DNA of 62,980 nt, the filler included, from Craspedostauros australis (taxonomy: Eukaryota), in assembly GCA_030167865.1 (NCBI GenBank). It is 6 parts of 6 records of this genome, joined end to end, with 100 filler letters (N's around TTAATTAATTAA, not from the genome) between each part and the next. Parts side by side here need not be neighbours in the genome. Positions count along the whole stretch, not along the records: positions 53,989 to 62,980 come from JALAGF010005934.1; 5 more parts are not named here. One strand, given 5' to 3'. The first letter of the stretch is position 1, and every line of letters starts with the position of its first letter. Made by a program: the position numbers and the translations under genes. Below the pieces are notes generated by a model, which saw only the letters and a program-made list of their open reading frames with translations, had not been told where the DNA came from and did no database searches. Shown here one piece after another: positions 60,838-62,980 of the stretch.

Positions 60838-60915
60838 ATGATGTATGCGATGATGTATGTGATGATGTATGCGATGATGTATGCAATGATGGATGTGATG
60901 ATGAGTGTGATGATG
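60838..60915. repeat. 12-bp minisatellite (ATGATGTATGYR), 6.5 copies
   Basis: Units start at 60838, 60850, 60862, 60874, 60886, 60898 and 60910. Confidence 0.9.
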
Positions 60916-61111
60916 CCTTTGACGAATGCATGGAGGATGCCCTTGGTGTATGTAGCTGATGCATGAAGTGATGATGAAAGTGATGACGCATTTTGGGAAA
61001 GCTGGGAAAATGGACTTGATGTTGCGAGGGGATGGAAGGAGCGAGGGTATCACGAAGGTGCCAATGCAGATGTTAGAACTGACGTAACAGATGCACAGAA
61101 TGAAGATTTTC

Positions 61112-62584
61112 TCAATCCTCATTGGCCCCCTGCGACTGATTTGACATGATCCCCACCAGAGCCGAAAGGCTAGCAGCAATGCTGGTCTGCTGCGCAATGA
61201 CCTCGCGGTTGTGCTTGTCGATCTTCTCCTGTTGGAGAATCTGCTGGCAGTTCATTGCCTGAAGCATCTGTTCCTGTTGCTTCAGAGCAGCGAGAATGGG
61301 AGATTTGCCTGAGGAGGCTTCTGAATCTTCATTTTCCATTCTGTTTGAGGGGGTGGCCTTGCTCTGTTCCTGGCACACTTGAACTAGATCCACTGGCGCT
61401 GTGATGGAGCCAGTGGTCTTCTTGGTATCGAGTCTCTTCACCAGAGATGCGTGAGACTTCTGAATTGCATCCGCAAGGAGGAGTGTGTTTCGATGATCCT
61501 CCATTGCGTCCCTCAAGGTGGCTCTTGGTTTCCTCTCCTTCTTGCGACAAGGGGGTGGGGTCTTGGCTTTCGCTGTCTTCTCAACCTTGACGATGGTGTT
61601 GGACTTTGAGTTGGGAGCCACAAGGATTGGCCCTCGCTTCCCCAACATTTGCTCCAACATGTTTGCTGTCACCAGCTTCTCTTCGTCAGCTTGCACCTGT
61701 TGTTTGTGTTCATTGGTGTTGTACGAACAGAGGAGTTCATCCAATTCGGTCAACTTCTTGAGGTAGTCACTGTAGGGCTCGTTACCACCTGTGCGGTGTC
61801 CATGCGCCTGAATGTACCTGCGAACGAATACCATGAGGTATTCAAAGCGCTCAAGCAAGCCTCTTGACCGAGGAGGCTTCGTCAATCGCAACACTGACTT
61901 TGAAAAAAGATGATTGCTCACCGCCTTCCAGTATTGACCGGATGGAGCCAACCATGGCTTGGGGTCGTTTGCCCAGATGTAGGCCATCATGGTTGAATCA
62001 ATGGGCCTGGGTGTCTCCAACCAAGGGTAGAAGGGAGGATCGTCCACACAGTACTCCAGGTAGAGATACACACGTGGTTTCCCTTTTGCAATTTTCTTGG
62101 TGCTGGACGGAGATTTGGAGTTTGCACGAGGCTTGGCGGTGGTGGAAGCCATGGCGATGCCTGATGATTTGGGGTTGGGGCTATTGTTGAGGCTGGCATG
62201 GAGGACAAGGGATCCCACGTCTTTCTCTGCAGCAGAGGCTGTGGAAGCGGCAACAGCACGGTAGGCCCTTGCAGCGCTTCTGGAATTGCGACGTCGAGTA
62301 TCCGAAGGAAGGTCTGAGACAGATCCCCCAACTGATGACGCAAAGTTACAAGCACCAGTGTCGCCTCCCTCGTCCAGTAGTCCGCAGGGCAAGACAACGG
62401 GCCCTGTTGCTTTCTTGCCCAAGGAGAAGTCACGAGAGACACCCTGGACGGATTTGAAGGGAGAAACAGGACCAGCGACTGTCAAGGTGGCAGCCGAAGT
62501 GCCTGTCGGTGTGATGCTGTTGGCTTCATCGCTGTCATCAGAGGATAACATGCCAAGGAGACTAGGCTGGAAGGGGGATGCCAT
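61112..62584 (-). CDS. Harbinger accessory protein with Myb/SANT (trihelix)-like DNA-binding domain and C-terminal Q-rich coiled coil
   Basis: DSTMMAYIW...P..W...YWKAVSNHL...RGLLERFEYL...RTGGNEPY...LTELDELL pattern, basic KKERKPR, tail LKQQEQMLQ...LSALVGIM. Convergent with the transposase. Confidence 0.7.
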   Translation of the reverse strand: MASPFQPSLLGMLSSDDSDEANSITPTGTSAATLTVAGPVSPFKSVQGVSRDFSLGKKATGPVVLPCGLLDEGGDTGACNFASSVGGSVSDLPSDTRRRNSRSAARAYRAVAASTASAAEKDVGSLVLHASLNNSPNPKSSGIAMASTTAKPRANSKSPSSTKKIAKGKPRVYLYLEYCVDDPPFYPWLETPRPIDSTMMAYIWANDPKPWLAPSGQYWKAVSNHLFSKSVLRLTKPPRSRGLLERFEYLMVFVRRYIQAHGHRTGGNEPYSDYLKKLTELDELLCSYNTNEHKQQVQADEEKLVTANMLEQMLGKRGPILVAPNSKSNTIVKVEKTAKAKTPPPCRKKERKPRATLRDAMEDHRNTLLLADAIQKSHASLVKRLDTKKTTGSITAPVDLVQVCQEQSKATPSNRMENEDSEASSGKSPILAALKQQEQMLQAMNCQQILQQEKIDKHNREVIAQQTSIAASLSALVGIMSNQSQGANED

Positions 62585-62888
62585 GGTGGTTCGATGGTGT
62601 GGGGTATTGCTTGAAAGTCAGAAGGTGAAACGGCTGGAATGTAGTAAGATGAGAGATGGAGGTCAGGCAGGTTGGATGCTGTTGTGTTTGGAAATCCAAA
62701 TCAGATGCAACAAAAGTCCGATGTGATGCCACGAGACCTTTTCCAGATGGAGTATGGGTGTCGTCGTCCTCTTTTTTGTTTGATGTCGCCGTGTGCCAAC
62801 AAAAACGTTCGCACAAGGCGTAAAACGTGAAGGAGGCTAGGCTATTCCAAGAACAACGAAGATGCGAACCGCAACCACTTCAGACGAT

Positions 62889-62949
62889 ATGATTGGAGAA
62901 AGAAATGTCGGCGTTCATACGTTACGCGTGGAGTTCGTATTTGGCGGGA
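62889..62949 (-). promoter_or_regulatory. Putative promoter of the accessory ORF: E2F-like site (TTTGGCGGGA on +) and CCAAT box
   Basis: ATGATTGG at 62889-62896 and TTTGGCGGGA at 62940-62949, about 310-365 bp upstream of ATG 62584. Confidence 0.35.
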
Positions 62950-62980
62950 CTCTTCAAATTACATGCCATGTCAAACGAAA

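Larger units (their letters stand above)
53989..62980. mobile_element. PIF/Harbinger (PHIS superfamily) autonomous-type DNA transposon with a large internal tandem array; termini not resolved
   Basis: Convergent DDE_Tnp_4-type transposase and Myb/SANT-like ORF, both uninterrupted, on one contig piece. The left end is cut by a linker and the right end is probably beyond the window. Confidence 0.85.

Overview
Eukaryotic genomic scaffold, almost certainly a diatom: GT-AG introns, a DUF6824-type gene, signal peptide + AF plastid-targeting motifs and diatom-type membrane/EGF and STAND-ATPase genes. It is a pseudo-scaffold. Five artificial 100-bp linkers (44N-TTAATTAATTAA-44N) split it into six pieces whose adjacency is unproven. 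It holds about 16 host genes, including a STAND ATPase-TPR, a beta-propeller protein, DUF6824, WWE-SH3-PARP, an NXPE-like SGNH protein, DUF547, a plastid GST, a tandem Rdx/SelW-like protein, an EGF membrane protein and a scramblase. It also holds an ~8.2-kb, palindrome-rich 181/182-bp satellite and a TIR element with an adjacent 312-bp duplication. The most striking feature is at 54-63 kb: an apparently intact PIF/Harbinger (PHIS)-type transposon. Its DDE transposase and Myb/SANT-like partner gene converge on a ~4.5-kb array of ~50 modular 86-bp (+12n) units, many of which can fold into a bulged hairpin. All family assignments come from motif recognition by eye; no database searches were run.
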